From a virus: 64,000 nt of DNA. The translations under genes and the position numbers were made by a program. This document shows, piece by piece, positions 46,601 to 55,020 of the stretch (its first letter is position 1; each line of letters opens with the position of its first letter). The stretch is from positions 7,592 through 71,591 of IMG/VR virus record IMGVR_UViG_3300030329_001630. One strand, written 5' to 3'. The notes below the pieces were generated by a model. The model worked only from the letters and a program-made list of their open reading frames with translations. It did not search any database and was not told the origin of the DNA.

Positions 46601-48900
46601 TCTGTACTTAAACCGAGTCTTTCTCGTTTTGCATCGTGCTGCCTCTGCAACGCCATAGTAAGATCATTGTTTAATTCATCAAAGGAAGAAGACTCCAAAC
46701 GTTTGCCGCCCCAAGCATTTTCAACCGCCGCAGTAAAGTCTAAATCAGCATCTTCTGCTAAGTCATAAAGAGCATCTACTCTGCTTTCAAAACCTTCCAT
46801 AAGACTTGCTAAGTCATCTTGAGCCGCTGTTCTTGCGTCTTCGTCTAAGTTTGTGTCTTCGATTTTTGCTTTTAAGGTAGTAATCTCAGTTTTATCTAAA
46901 GCGTCCCAAGCTTGGGTTAAAGCCATTTGTTTTTTAGCCGTGATTATATCAGGAGGAGTCATTAAAAATCTTACTGTATCTCCGGCCCATTTGACTGGCT
47001 TACCCCACCACGATCTAGTAGCTTCTCCACTGTCCGGCCCATTTAAGCTTTTCAGTACCTGTCTTGTTGCAATTGCTCTGCTTAATCTACCTGTTTGCGT
47101 GAAAACCTCACCAATAGTGGGCGACAGGACCGCACCCAGTCCAGTACTAGCAATCATCATAGTGCCGAATACACCGGCCTGCTTCCTTTCAAAAGCAATC
47201 ATGGCAGCTTCTTCTTCTCCTAAGATAAGCCTGTTAAACTCATCTTCATAAGAAGTCATGTAGTTGTATTCAATCGCACCCCACGCTGCTCCTTCCAAGC
47301 CACCCGCAATAGCTCTCCAACTTGCACGGGCCTTAAAAGATTTTCCTAAATATTCTTCTTTATTTAAATACCTCCACAAGTTTTTTCCGTTTGCTCCTAC
47401 TCCCAATCCTTTTACTCTACCGCCTCCTAATGTAAACTTAATAGACGGGAATAAAAGCTCAGAAGCAATCTGAGTGGGTAAAAATCTTCTAGTAAAGCCA
47501 ACACCCTCCATTACATTTGGAGTCCATTTACTGATAGCAGCTTTAATTTTAGTGGCTCTTGAGTTGCCCTTGCCCATCGTCTCAATAACTTTCATTGCTC
47601 TGGCAAATCTTGAGGTTTCTTTAGCAACCCTTAATCCTAAAAGACCGGTACGAGCAACTAACGCACCACCTAAAGAAACAGCAGTTAATCCTACTGTAGC
47701 TGCAATATCTAAGGCAAGAGCCGGATCTGTAGTAAAGCCGTACCCAAGCATGTTAAGCATACCAGAAGCACCCCACTGCCCCTCACTTCGCTGTAAGAAA
47801 TTGCCTAAAACTTGTCCTTCTCTTGCTCTATTGACAGCAGCAAAGAACTGATACGAGTTTTTGCTTCTCTTTAAAGCGTCAACGATTTGTGGGTTATCTG
47901 CTAAAAACGCAGCCATATCCTCACCAAGAACATCAGCCCCAAGTAAATTACCGCTACCATCTGTAATTGCTTTGAGCATTTTAGCAGCATCCGCTTCCCA
48001 TCCCTCTTCTGTTTGTTTTAAAAGAGCATCAGCGCGGGTTTCTGTCCAGAAGGGAGCAGCAGGGCCGTCTTCGGGTATTTGTCCCGTTGCCCAATCCCAC
48101 CCAAGAGTAAAAGGACTTAAAGGAGTAAAATAAGAAAGTTCCCACATATTTCGGAAGAACCACCAATCGTTTGGTCCTTCATCCATATTATCAATATATT
48201 TTCTAATCGCTGCCTGACGATCTCTCATTTCTTTGGCTTTGTCTTCTCCAAGAAAAGCCTCAAAAATACTATCGATACCTTTAAGTTGGGCCTCTTGTAA
48301 CTGAAGTTGGACCGCCCTTGATGCTCTAACTCTAACTGTAGAGCCTAACGCAGATCCGTAGTTCCTTGCTGCCACTCTGTTTTGATAACGCGACATCGAA
48401 TAGCCGTTAGCTAAATTATACATTCTAACCTGACCATCGCCCGAATAGTTCGCTACAAAATCTTCGGGGTTAATAACCTGAGAAAGGTCTTTCCCTGTAC
48501 TAGCCGCCTCTCGAAGGCGTTCAACTACATTAGCCTCGGTTAAATCGTGTATATCTGGGCCGTCTTCTTCGGAAGACCTTTCAACTAATGCTTGTAAAGC
48601 CGCCAATCTTTTTTTATTAGCTTCTTTTCTTTCTAACGTTTCTGTGACACTAAACCTAAACGGAGACATAAGATTTTCGTATTTAGCTTGGATAAGATCC
48701 TTGTAAGCAAATTTGGTTTTAAGATCAACTAGCTGGCTAACAGCAAAGAAATCAACATCGTTAATATGGTTTTCGTAGGCATCTGCCCTATCTAAATGGT
48801 CTTTAATAGAAGGTGGATTAAAAAGTTTCATCCTATCCTGCATTTTTTCAGCTTCTAAGTAATTCTTATACCAATCCGAGTTATACGCAAGTCTTGTCAT
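34693..48900 (-). CDS. Giant (4735 aa) internal virion / ejection protein with single-subunit RNA polymerase-like and zincin-like motifs
   Basis: Third of three genes of increasing size, matching the gp14/15/16 arrangement. Contains VDADASG, VYNEV, KAMFKSAVMTDSYGAG, MNKLHALDS and GHYDP...ILEEIGHH. Confidence 0.75.
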   Translation of the reverse strand: MTRLAYNSDWYKNYLEAEKMQDRMKLFNPPSIKDHLDRADAYENHINDVDFFAVSQLVDLKTKFAYKDLIQAKYENLMSPFRFSVTETLERKEANKKRLAALQALVERSSEEDGPDIHDLTEANVVERLREAASTGKDLSQVINPEDFVANYSGDGQVRMYNLANGYSMSRYQNRVAARNYGSALGSTVRVRASRAVQLQLQEAQLKGIDSIFEAFLGEDKAKEMRDRQAAIRKYIDNMDEGPNDWWFFRNMWELSYFTPLSPFTLGWDWATGQIPEDGPAAPFWTETRADALLKQTEEGWEADAAKMLKAITDGSGNLLGADVLGEDMAAFLADNPQIVDALKRSKNSYQFFAAVNRAREGQVLGNFLQRSEGQWGASGMLNMLGYGFTTDPALALDIAATVGLTAVSLGGALVARTGLLGLRVAKETSRFARAMKVIETMGKGNSRATKIKAAISKWTPNVMEGVGFTRRFLPTQIASELLFPSIKFTLGGGRVKGLGVGANGKNLWRYLNKEEYLGKSFKARASWRAIAGGLEGAAWGAIEYNYMTSYEDEFNRLILGEEEAAMIAFERKQAGVFGTMMIASTGLGAVLSPTIGEVFTQTGRLSRAIATRQVLKSLNGPDSGEATRSWWGKPVKWAGDTVRFLMTPPDIITAKKQMALTQAWDALDKTEITTLKAKIEDTNLDEDARTAAQDDLASLMEGFESRVDALYDLAEDADLDFTAAVENAWGGKRLESSSFDELNNDLTMALQRQHDAKRERLGLSTDENILEKYSVAKKTYIRLAAKQYESEEPTAIMEEELSRPLRDDDSNMPLSDSFVETVRGGEEQKAQTQEKVASLEEELKQTEAALERKTQSEAAAKENADRIEAIEEDLTQTRAAREEHEEAKPQEIMGKKPKDRTKEEKAALKKWNTKKSALNAKANKLEKQKEGLQAKQIPTEEVDDLRPVEKVKDDLKAAESDVLLADVNLAHNVANFFQKNPNEAWRWVAWYRRQTVRSRLYGEPNELGMRPILSYLLDPETPVSLVARRELWVRNAFTEKELRRIASAQETSEDVREFINYLLNPNKEAAAVEYTKQKLSDMTREMGDILVKEFSTKDVSKSESSFLAELGFVKRLLDAQEEGAPIHNEAVIMRTYQEIKTLENNWNKVQQATPVNRNNPNVTWVYGADPNVVAKVIARSEVDLAETLRRIGDEDFSSVVNDLSVPVLDLIAKRVGVKWGRGLKSRAKKANRTLKEQKAYELKEYFEGADDSTKGLFADFEPYDDLGQMSEFAKAHLRGLIEDAADSPTVSDAMIRRMVRTKAHTSKEYSDVVETRLRLSRKQRVAREKGETLGATDAENLRVAKNEQRRLFDIFTTAAKNEWESTIRQQWIDRQLGRFAIELRSSEAHAEPLLKIITMLRAHLHAHSTVRSVLSESGLEIDASISRLDLLSIIETAEKGYGFLINLPDIIQYSNRGVYNGREVLDALINRLGRVNDEMKDYVNAGMKYSINNRFGHAIAGTENGEVVYTAGGNIRNVLNHLDQQDEGKSLWAARKFSQNNERYAADEGADVDGYTQEDWKNEFNTSLVRRLTSIYNNEGARGHEALKTLIDTGGVPLKTGDDSVPKLILEYVNNSLPPKDELNDFSELGSTRDYIGPQRAATAVVASIIGDGYTKKINAVTEIKPSKKGVVAARTLDTARDRSIYIQADTDEKVQANFEQARNAYILDQIVQKYTAAREAGNDAEYINKLEEVIRDLSKDIDSVPIRGSSIQNESFRFIPQWSVKGPDDTMRTSIDDLILRNQVRMRNITPALMLTVHDSVSTMFRTQLGRVDDAAGTPHWDFAYDLNAGTTERPNIVYPFRGIGLGFSTLASMTGSLGDALNIMYKVEFGYDNLVELGRANFNKLLKNKLRPIKEKYKTTLPKTEAEFVGWMAKHFNDLSDDDKDIVTKMFFPDDMQVDADASGANIMLSLVMGSRANPESINKLFGEIADSLGEEGIQLRKDLQDWWAREQTTVYNEVTKGVMRNLEGTPPAGVNKEAWDNLGKLVTAFDDEGEAKAMFKSAVMTDSYGAGRDSLIAKLKDVLVEEQYQGIVQGALGADWREHIGGVSELWGHLLADRSSHASLGWIKDNVYGPTSGISNKELGNILNNFAKAQRDVPAAESLMKFEDLAEINRGGLILGKSVDPEDEMITVVMNKLHALDSGKRNQAAKLLEKEVNGIQTQVTKIVNNKSLNATEKQRQIDELFIKYMDDNAVLNSLDSYSRTGYGFDEAELDKFLTIVTGDIGDGTLKDRLKAVMSPLFKFAAGGDEVFRRLNLAFEGRIFATSALDPTPSTGHRTLGTDAPIGVGRIAKGDLTDEQVRDRTILQVIKELSEIYDITPLLNKRFGDEFEDLTADRWYSAWEETSKLGDDLRTQARILANQYDIEVKNLAVRVRGLKQQLAENPTDTNIKNKLNDEEFKLKRATKLLRVVGEIIDSAREERPDNIGNFMKEQIGDIVMSTGRMPHILGHLPKTILRPFKDSPVPSLRKSQINRSQEVSDFITLRDRSEELDKTQRPPVFTAKELRTVPPEDLTTIPLYQGKGTDIPLAERMFGDLKSAPSPEIMAKSLKASLETWANQVNIKAVNDHIGNGEYFEVYQIYRHLNAEREQNKMLSDIASLQSMANTRKREVEERLLTRDYSPEEAEKEALEDLEYLSIIENIREVQADAELRYSEILTIDGGWADDAKNGIWSPLSFTGDRLKTIGHGKTFGEAMENTALKNLDAGNMAAWLMGEAEVPGTIILDSPLNPVTVKEASTLYHAPASVQTKDSSGLFFTNYAQVGMWHQAVKRMLDGVIDEDEITANHISLFVEWWDLKVRGQEGLDEGIEFRKRNENYEHILEAFNKADVEDILRYFKEGEENVVTKFGDNHSAIAYMSKPAIKEAVMANLSEQLGDIDEFISKNYPGKTFEEAMNAKINQIKYDRDQRFFVDAFGNLIYPHKVTGQGIVRLTMQDKIKALNFTQNSRVVDRMLLASLLKRDLPMNAERSSNMGGYDPFTKYAGLSINKARENAAALSIGFEQLAANMKKRNLTRKFVSDNRYKTIVNGKARPARFLELNSKEDTWKYKKQATELLGDELLAGLSWDEGIITNIKSYKTALSKDGSYKWGLAIKAYFLTDGNKAPKETYINLRQQEDYLFNPNHRSNGMPLKAEIEEEWAELSKMIFAINRKWNSDGQITQNLNDFAGTAFEGAKITDVYNHNSRIAVFAESWRVAREVSREVNNIYYSPRTEGAMQAVDEIRIREQVAPTSPMKDGNEVKVNTAHHRASAFEKQSAVHKTVGNYWDGLVANGTLNNNDAIILKLAFFTTSQESLLKLFVSHRDSGGFELNVTPHLKSAGHYDPNTNVLSVHSALRSLYGEEVELGPAAVILEEIGHHVGTRLDTEQKRAFINEVRRVELESVKTAEQKIHGEEVTTDAKYIARLKQLGEELLTKDDLNVATSELFGAMFAISAIKKIPSAFDTIKASKDLADGIEDSYTFISAAREITEILNLGDADALFSAPLETLSGRMQPTRTPIIRKREEENRIMYGTDHDPLELPDGVDPLTMDDLTRGMEFPSAAQASRRNAAEYDTKAREIAEEARDAETGMVDLETIKRLTENDADMERAVILRAAEEKLIPAGLGNRIETPASTFISRMALGLISPNEVARITDTLASPFGARNFAYQTDASVPQTVLTTALISAADATSYFTSGAFTTNMPTIHALGTALAGDFDSLQHALINMKRANITVGPTGGQRSGTFLPWEFFESVFQDLTLNYTNKEGITARLKERVRALEYEEVPIGKQLIEQNNGKDFDEYANLVVPIVEMWADPKTGLWSTVVRKMVDSGMVSPRMGDELLEKGAYPIKFRKAVFDDADLESSPDSGILREQLRNTLVDIIREKLDPTPNSYVDSDLLQIALADNLIRPSRRGEGIDINDLDNVLAGLIQAKGNGKLGKFLSEVDRGNVLFKDLPEEIQTKYRNLLSRGELFGDQEVNQNNVLTDLIQQVNTRYGDSQLKAGANLSKFTPAEYLAWKYMVKVGSSSYSFIGDNFLTPRDFLRNRQLGMFIETDPLQFISSIRRGVAAQAYDKSTFGPAFGVKGLGMRDVIKMYQDIAQTGTTGKEIIKFLVHDKNFEVDPNSVMRTLTQDERHKFSSALKHMERMYDYSIGTFKTDDKPTDNTFLHVINLASEFGTALSIAPRLAIATAIEETPHSMVSALKHNLTGFQSDMVDAFTLVKSRKDVDQTLEGLGFLTMNALHHAATLIQRSGMDISPDESVKANVKIKELYRVLAFGMDKQTASARSIGVRQFVNRIADTFIQAESPTGIVPTRRIKASMSEIRSRLIEASGGDFVNLSPRIVRQELKKMKVDALTSMDVMEMIKVGLFSEELFPFFEKLFVDNYDVIRKTGIPFDELRKNITFGLPEKVLDADGKEINPAVIRAKQFQTVNAVRELAFNAAVKYAKQPVLSNAPVGTKSGGILATLLSRLITYSSSTFHGIRRAGLAGPLVLANTVLAHTLTGWLYYKLVQLQTHKNIDDMIAEIKKDPWTEIQEALMAVPFLGANQMAAAFFLQMLRGDRAVNTTPFNSAGIMQINGLLQTIPRIMGGIKDMSEGNITEGAANSMHRMPIPWGWLLQAGFRQIDALSAWEHPIGIMDPSGRTPVPVSDPTKNTGTGISPLIPKTQAVQPDIKTEQPQDIVDAIGVIKQGTASREALRQTLDVLNIIQKQTE

Positions 48901-48923
48901 TTTATCTCCATTCTCATGGTTTG

Positions 48924-51900
48924 TTATCGCGTGTTAGTATCGCCTAAAATAAATCTATTTACATTTGTTGCCATAGTGGCATTTCTTTCTTGTTTTTCAA
49001 TACTTCCTCCGAGTCCGGGGATAATTAAGTTCCACGGAAATCCGAGGGAGGGATAGTGATCAAGCAAGTTTCTTGATTGTCCTCCGCTTAATGCCATATA
49101 TCCATTAGAGGCATAATCAGTGTTAATCCACTCCTTGGGGTGGGCAAATGTTCGGGATACGGCCCAACTAGGATGGCCCTCCCACTCAGGGTTAGATCTG
49201 TCGTTCAATCGCAACCAGCTTGTATTTTCTGATGACATTCGGGGATAGGCATCACCGCCTTGGTAGATACTCCCCTTTTGGCCTGTCATCCACTGAGTAA
49301 AATCTACAACGGCATTTAGAGCAGGTTCCACATTTTGCTTAACATCGTAATTAATCCTACCTAAGTTTCTTTTCTGGCTTTGGTAAACCGCCGCATCATA
49401 TAGTTTTAAAACCTCATCAGGGATAGTAAAAAATCTTTTTGCTTCTGAAGACGCTACTTGAGAAAGATCTTCTGGATTTCCGACAGAAACTTTACCTACA
49501 TAAGTGACGTTATCTCCGGCCTTACCTCGGCTAAGAACGGCCTTAATTCGAGGGCGGACTATAACATTTGTTTTTTGGTCTAACCCGGCTTCAAACATAT
49601 CAGTTTTAATAACTTCTAACAACCCAATGACTGTTTTTCTACGCTCTTCGGGAGTAGCTTCCGCGTATTCTTCAGTTTGAGCGTAGTCTTGTAAAGCTCG
49701 AACAGCTAATTCATAACCAATCATCTGCTGCTCTTGCGAAGCACGGTTTGATCCGTATTCTGTTACGTCATAAGCTGCTAGACCTTCGCCTGATAAGGGC
49801 GATCCACCTGTCATAACTCCCGGTATACTAGAACGGACAGTTGTATCTTGTGTAAAGACTTTAGTTGTACCAATGGTATCAGTTTGGCTTTTATATGTTT
49901 CTTGATATTTTTCAGCACCACCTTGGTAATTAATTCCCGCAGACATTAAAGAAACGGACATTTCTCCTGTTCCTAACTCCATTTGAGAAAGTTGTCCCTC
50001 TAGTCTTTTTCTACCAATTTCGCTTGTAGCTAATCTTGCCCCGGCGGGAACCGGAGACTTCGACGCTGAAAAATGATCTCCTCTTTCTCTACTAGCTAGC
50101 TCTAATTTCGGATCGAAGAACATATAAAGAGGATCTGTCATTACTTGGTTTGTTTCAGAGTCAAGAGGAGGATCTAATACCCTAAAAGTGGGGTGAGCTT
50201 CAGACACTTCTTCTGCATTTAGGGGAATAATTGAAACACTAATTTCAAGATGTCCTTCCTTAATATCCTTAATTATTGCTTCCGTAAGTTCGTGATGATT
50301 TCCTTTATAGTACTCTCCATTTTTTGAGGCAAACCACTTAGCTCTAGCGTCTGATCCGGGTGTTCTTTTTCGGAACACTCTACGAGTCGTATCTCCTTCA
50401 GAACCCACAACACTTGTATTCCATGTAGGCACTAATTGAATTGTAATCTGAGAGCGATTAGGTAAAGAAGAAACTATTGTTCGACCTGTATCATCGTCTA
50501 GGATTGTTTCTATTGGGCGGCCTCCCCCCATCGTATGATTATAAATGGCTTTAACTTCGCTTACATCATCAAATCCATCTCTTAGTTCGGCGTTGGCTCC
50601 ATCGTGTACTACGTCTAAAAGAGCTTTCATAGTAAGTTCAGATAAAGTATCTACCTGTTGAGGAGACGGTCCTACGTCTCCTTCTGGTGTAAATGAATGT
50701 AAAAGTTGACTAACAAATTTATTGGCTTCTCCGCGATGAGCGTCTTCATTGCCGTAATAAGGCATATTTGTATTCCAATGATGGGAATAGTCTACATCGC
50801 TGTCCTTCACCTCACCTCGGCTTGTGCTAAGGTGTGGTGCCAGCATTCCCATGTTGTTTGGTCCACCAAGAGTCTTATACAGATATCCGATGTTTGCTGA
50901 AGGATTAGATACCCTCATATCCGCAATAAAAGCCGGATTTGGTGTTAAATGCGTAGGAGGATTCTCCATCCAATTAAAGAAACGAATATGGTTATTAACA
51001 TACGTATCTCTTTGTGGTCCTATACGAGAATCGCTTTCATTCCCCTCTAACCTAATAGGCACAACAGAGGTTGATTCGATTAACATCTTGTCAACAATCA
51101 TACTTCTCCATTTTTCAGAAGCGTCCGGTGTTCTTGATCTTTCGTAAAATCTGTTAAAGAAAGCTTTATCATTATCTGAATTCATGCCCATTAACGTAGG
51201 TAAAATACCCGTAAAAAATGTACGCTTAAGTTCTCGGGGCACATAAGCTATACCCTGATCATTAAAAGAATTAGTCAGTCTTCTTACGATTTCAAAATCA
51301 TTATCTAAAGCAGGATCATCGCCTCCTTCTAAATAAGCGGCTAAATCTTTATCCTCAACGTTGTTAATTCTACTTGCAATACCCTTTAAGTGATTATCCA
51401 ATACTACAGTTGTTTGAGGATTTCTTGCTGATCCTTCACTCATTACAACACTTTCAACAAGAGATTCAAAAACATCGGGGTTATCAATATTAAGTTTAGT
51501 TTTATCATCGCTTTGTACAAACAAAGGTTGACCGTTTTTAGTTCGTGCAGTTAAAGCTGTAGTTCGTAAATCTGTTTTTAAATTATCTAAGATTTCTTGC
51601 GCTCTCGTAAGCTCGACTAATAATTCGTCTTGACCTTGGAATTTATCTTGGCCTTCTCTTGTCGAATCATCAATTGCTCCTTGAACAGAAGTTAAATAAT
51701 CCATGTTAGGGAAATACGTAAAATCGCCTGCTTCGGTAGTTTCTTGGTCGGGTACAGAATATCCATGCTTTTCTAAAATAGCTGGAAGAATCTCAAATTC
51801 GCTAATCTCAGCAACAGCGTTTCTTACCGATGCGTTAATTTCTTTTGGCACGTTATTACGTGACCACGACATAAACTCATAAGGATAAGAATTCTCGGTA

Positions 51901-53810
51901 AAGGAAGTACTTACCCCCAACTGCCAACCTTCTATAAGACCGGTTGATCTTCGTTGGTCTCCTTCTCTTACTTCCGCTACCGTTTCTGGGGAAGTTGCTA
52001 AAAGTATTCCGTTATCTTGGGCTATTTTTCGTACATCTTCAGCCGCTCTTTGTTTTTCTTCTGGAGAAGACTGATCTGGGTTAGCTACTAAAACGTTTCT
52101 TGCCATTGACAGTTTTTGCCGCCGGTCAGTTTCCATTTTTGTGAGCATACCTGTTCCAAAGTGAAACATATAATCCATAGGCGAAGGGGAGTAAGCCGCG
52201 TTTATTAACCTATTTTCTAGACCTTCTAAAATAACAGACGTATTATCTACAGGTCCGTCCGTTAGCTTAGTCAAAATATCTACCTCATTCCCCTTTGCGG
52301 GTGCTTTTCGCTCTGTATCTACCTCGGCCTCTATAACCTGAGTAGAAACTTCTGCATCATCCGCTGATGGGGTATTCACCGCTGGGTTTCTGGCTTGTTC
52401 GTAGGAATCCATAAAAATTCCCCCGCTTTGGGCATCTAATCCAGCCGATACTTCGGCTCGTACAGTAGCGTCATTGGCTTCTACAATAATGTTACGCCAA
52501 GAGTTTATACGCCCAATATAGGCAGCCGCATCTTCTTTCGGAATTGGATCTCCCTCAGGAATAGTCGCAATTTTCTTAGCGTCTTCTACTTCTTTTTGTC
52601 TTTCTGGAGAAAGACTTTCAAACCACATTTGAACAGGCGCAGAGTTCCAATCAATATTATTAATTTCTTGACTAAGGATATTACCATCCACCGTTTTTAA
52701 AATATAAGCCTGATGTCCGCCTAAAAGTTTACCTACTTGTCCTAATTTATAGAGATCTGCTCCTCTTTCTCCTGTGGACTCCGCACCACGGGCAATAAGA
52801 GATCTAATAGGATTTCTTGTTTTGTAGGTGTCACCGAACGTCGTAAGCCAGTTTTCTTTAAAAACCGTTTCAGAAGGAGTATTAATAAGATTATCTAATT
52901 TAACAGCAAAAGTAATTTCTCTATTTGTGACTTCACGTTCCAGTTTCTTATCAGTAGCAAACTGGGATGCCATGATTTCAATATCTTGGTAATAAAGGCT
53001 ACCTTCGTCAGGTATTTCGTCTTCTTCAAAAGAATTTAAAATCCAGTTTCGTACAAAATCCGGGGTCTCTAAATCTTCTGGTTCTAATCCGGGTTCTTGT
53101 TGAAGAAGAACTAAAGCCCTTTGAGCATTTAACTGATTTGTGGTCCTAACATTTTCTGTTGCTTTTACTGTAGCTTTATCTACTTCTTGCCCAATAAGCT
53201 CTTTAATCCCTTGTGCATATTGGGGATATCTTTCCGTTAAAGAATCTAAAGCATCTTCCCACATCATCATTTGAGATTCTGCTGACCTATCTAAAGTATT
53301 CTTTTTAACCTCAGCAATAGCATTAGAAATATTTTCCGTATCTGTTAAAGCCTCACTACGGGTTCCATAAACAATTGACTGTATTTCTGCTTTACTTTTT
53401 CCACCAACAGTTACAGCCTTATCTTGTACACCAGCCCACAGGAGTTTCTTTTCCCAGTCTTTTTCTTTTTCGGGTATCTTTTGAGCGTCAATTTTAGCTT
53501 CTTCAATTCTAGCAATTTCTCTTTCTCTCTCGTCTTCAACAAGGGCTGAATCAAATTGTACTTTTTTTACTTTTGCGTAGTCTTGAGTACCCGTAGTAAT
53601 ACCCTCTGCTGCTGCTAAAATAAGATCAACTGGAGTAATATCATCGGTGGCAAAAGCAAGAGGGGAATCTTTTCCAAAAGTTGTTCCTAAGTTTTCTGAT
53701 TGGGCGACTCTTTTTGGTGTGATTAACTCTCTTGTTTGCATTTCTTGGTTAAAAGGTAAATTAGCGTCGATTCTACCTGTACCTTCTTCTCTTTGCTTTT
53801 TAATAGGCAT
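48924..53810 (-). CDS. Large internal virion protein (T7 gp15-like position), 1628 aa
   Basis: Long, helical, acidic ORF between the gp14-like gene and the giant gene. AGGAG RBS. Confidence 0.65.
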   Translation of the reverse strand: MPIKKQREEGTGRIDANLPFNQEMQTRELITPKRVAQSENLGTTFGKDSPLAFATDDITPVDLILAAAEGITTGTQDYAKVKKVQFDSALVEDEREREIARIEEAKIDAQKIPEKEKDWEKKLLWAGVQDKAVTVGGKSKAEIQSIVYGTRSEALTDTENISNAIAEVKKNTLDRSAESQMMMWEDALDSLTERYPQYAQGIKELIGQEVDKATVKATENVRTTNQLNAQRALVLLQQEPGLEPEDLETPDFVRNWILNSFEEDEIPDEGSLYYQDIEIMASQFATDKKLEREVTNREITFAVKLDNLINTPSETVFKENWLTTFGDTYKTRNPIRSLIARGAESTGERGADLYKLGQVGKLLGGHQAYILKTVDGNILSQEINNIDWNSAPVQMWFESLSPERQKEVEDAKKIATIPEGDPIPKEDAAAYIGRINSWRNIIVEANDATVRAEVSAGLDAQSGGIFMDSYEQARNPAVNTPSADDAEVSTQVIEAEVDTERKAPAKGNEVDILTKLTDGPVDNTSVILEGLENRLINAAYSPSPMDYMFHFGTGMLTKMETDRRQKLSMARNVLVANPDQSSPEEKQRAAEDVRKIAQDNGILLATSPETVAEVREGDQRRSTGLIEGWQLGVSTSFTENSYPYEFMSWSRNNVPKEINASVRNAVAEISEFEILPAILEKHGYSVPDQETTEAGDFTYFPNMDYLTSVQGAIDDSTREGQDKFQGQDELLVELTRAQEILDNLKTDLRTTALTARTKNGQPLFVQSDDKTKLNIDNPDVFESLVESVVMSEGSARNPQTTVVLDNHLKGIASRINNVEDKDLAAYLEGGDDPALDNDFEIVRRLTNSFNDQGIAYVPRELKRTFFTGILPTLMGMNSDNDKAFFNRFYERSRTPDASEKWRSMIVDKMLIESTSVVPIRLEGNESDSRIGPQRDTYVNNHIRFFNWMENPPTHLTPNPAFIADMRVSNPSANIGYLYKTLGGPNNMGMLAPHLSTSRGEVKDSDVDYSHHWNTNMPYYGNEDAHRGEANKFVSQLLHSFTPEGDVGPSPQQVDTLSELTMKALLDVVHDGANAELRDGFDDVSEVKAIYNHTMGGGRPIETILDDDTGRTIVSSLPNRSQITIQLVPTWNTSVVGSEGDTTRRVFRKRTPGSDARAKWFASKNGEYYKGNHHELTEAIIKDIKEGHLEISVSIIPLNAEEVSEAHPTFRVLDPPLDSETNQVMTDPLYMFFDPKLELASRERGDHFSASKSPVPAGARLATSEIGRKRLEGQLSQMELGTGEMSVSLMSAGINYQGGAEKYQETYKSQTDTIGTTKVFTQDTTVRSSIPGVMTGGSPLSGEGLAAYDVTEYGSNRASQEQQMIGYELAVRALQDYAQTEEYAEATPEERRKTVIGLLEVIKTDMFEAGLDQKTNVIVRPRIKAVLSRGKAGDNVTYVGKVSVGNPEDLSQVASSEAKRFFTIPDEVLKLYDAAVYQSQKRNLGRINYDVKQNVEPALNAVVDFTQWMTGQKGSIYQGGDAYPRMSSENTSWLRLNDRSNPEWEGHPSWAVSRTFAHPKEWINTDYASNGYMALSGGQSRNLLDHYPSLGFPWNLIIPGLGGSIEKQERNATMATNVNRFILGDTNTR

Positions 53811-53822
53811 TGTTGATCTCCT

Positions 53823-54527
53823 TTATTGTTGAATAGTGATCGGTGTCCAGCCACCGCCGCCACCGCCGCCGCCAGCCATCCCTCCGCTATATTGCTGGGC
53901 AGCATTCAAAGCACCGTAAATGCCTCCTACCATAGAAATTCCTTGAGCAGCACCTTTAATGCCTCCCATCATGGTAGCCATACCGACATCTTGCATCTGG
54001 GGAGGCAGGCCCGGAATAAAGGCACCCATCGTAGTGGTAGATAAATCTGTGCCTTGTCGGAGATTATTTTCATAGTTTTGTTTTAAAGCTCTCGATGCGT
54101 TTATCTTAGAGAAAAACTCATTCTTCCAGTTTTCTCCTCCCTGTAATTCCATTTGCTTTTTAATCTGCTGGGCAGTACCAGAGGATAAACTCATTTTAGC
54201 TGAAAGCTGTGAAGTAACAGATGAGTTAATAGCTTTTTGCTGTTTACTTAATTGTTTAGCTCTTTGTTCAAAAGTTTTTGCTAAATCAATTTGCTGTAAT
54301 GCGTAATTTCTAGTTGATGCTTCAAATAAATGTCTATTTTGGGCATTTCTTGCTGCGTTTTTTTGTGCTACCTGTACCTGCTGCTCCCCATAACGCCAAG
54401 CCTCTAAAGCTGTATTATGATTATATTGCCCCATTGCCGCCGCGTTTTGAGATTTTGCAGCAGAGTTAGCGGCATATGCGCCGACACCTGCCATAGCTAC
54501 CGCACCAACTGCTAATGCTACACCCAT
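53823..54527 (-). CDS. Internal virion protein (T7 gp14-like)
   Basis: Ala/Gly-rich hydrophobic N-terminus, Gln/Ala coiled coil and Gly-rich hydrophobic C-terminus. Confidence 0.7.
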   Translation of the reverse strand: MGVALAVGAVAMAGVGAYAANSAAKSQNAAAMGQYNHNTALEAWRYGEQQVQVAQKNAARNAQNRHLFEASTRNYALQQIDLAKTFEQRAKQLSKQQKAINSSVTSQLSAKMSLSSGTAQQIKKQMELQGGENWKNEFFSKINASRALKQNYENNLRQGTDLSTTTMGAFIPGLPPQMQDVGMATMMGGIKGAAQGISMVGGIYGALNAAQQYSGGMAGGGGGGGGWTPITIQQ

Positions 54528-54528
54528 A

Positions 54529-55020
54529 TTATTTCTCCATAAATTTGATTATCTTATTTATATTATTAGAAAGATCCTCAGTATACACCCTAAGTATGGG
54601 ACAGTTAGCTTCCTCTAATACTCTAGACAGACACCACCTAGACCAATCAATAATGTCAGTAACTGGATTAAAAGGATTATAAAAATTTACTAATTTCTGT
54701 TCCTTTTCTTCTACCCTAATGACACTCTTATCTTGTTGTTGTCTATCTTGTCTTTCCAAGACAACCATACGGTCTATGTTATATACTGGGGTTTTTAGCA
54801 ACGAGCTAGGCCAAAGTTTTATAATCTTATTTTTCCATCTATCTGTATTAATATATTTATTTACTTCAATAGGATGAGGCTCCCAATAACCATCGGGGTT
54901 TTCGTCCCTAGCTGTAAATTCCCAAAACTTTCTACCTATTACAGGTAACCCTGAATCTCGTAAAGATTTCATTACAAAAGAAGAACCGACACGCGGTCCT
55001 ATTCCCGTTACAATTCTCAT
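54529..55020 (-). CDS. Sulfotransferase-like P-loop protein
   Basis: IVTGIGPRVGSSFVMKSLRDSG...DENPDGYWE resembles the IVSGLPRSGTSmmM..L..GG...D..NP.GYyE pattern of small sulfotransferase-family proteins. Confidence 0.6.
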   Translation of the reverse strand: MRIVTGIGPRVGSSFVMKSLRDSGLPVIGRKFWEFTARDENPDGYWEPHPIEVNKYINTDRWKNKIIKLWPSSLLKTPVYNIDRMVVLERQDRQQQDKSVIRVEEKEQKLVNFYNPFNPVTDIIDWSRWCLSRVLEEANCPILRVYTEDLSNNINKIIKFMEK

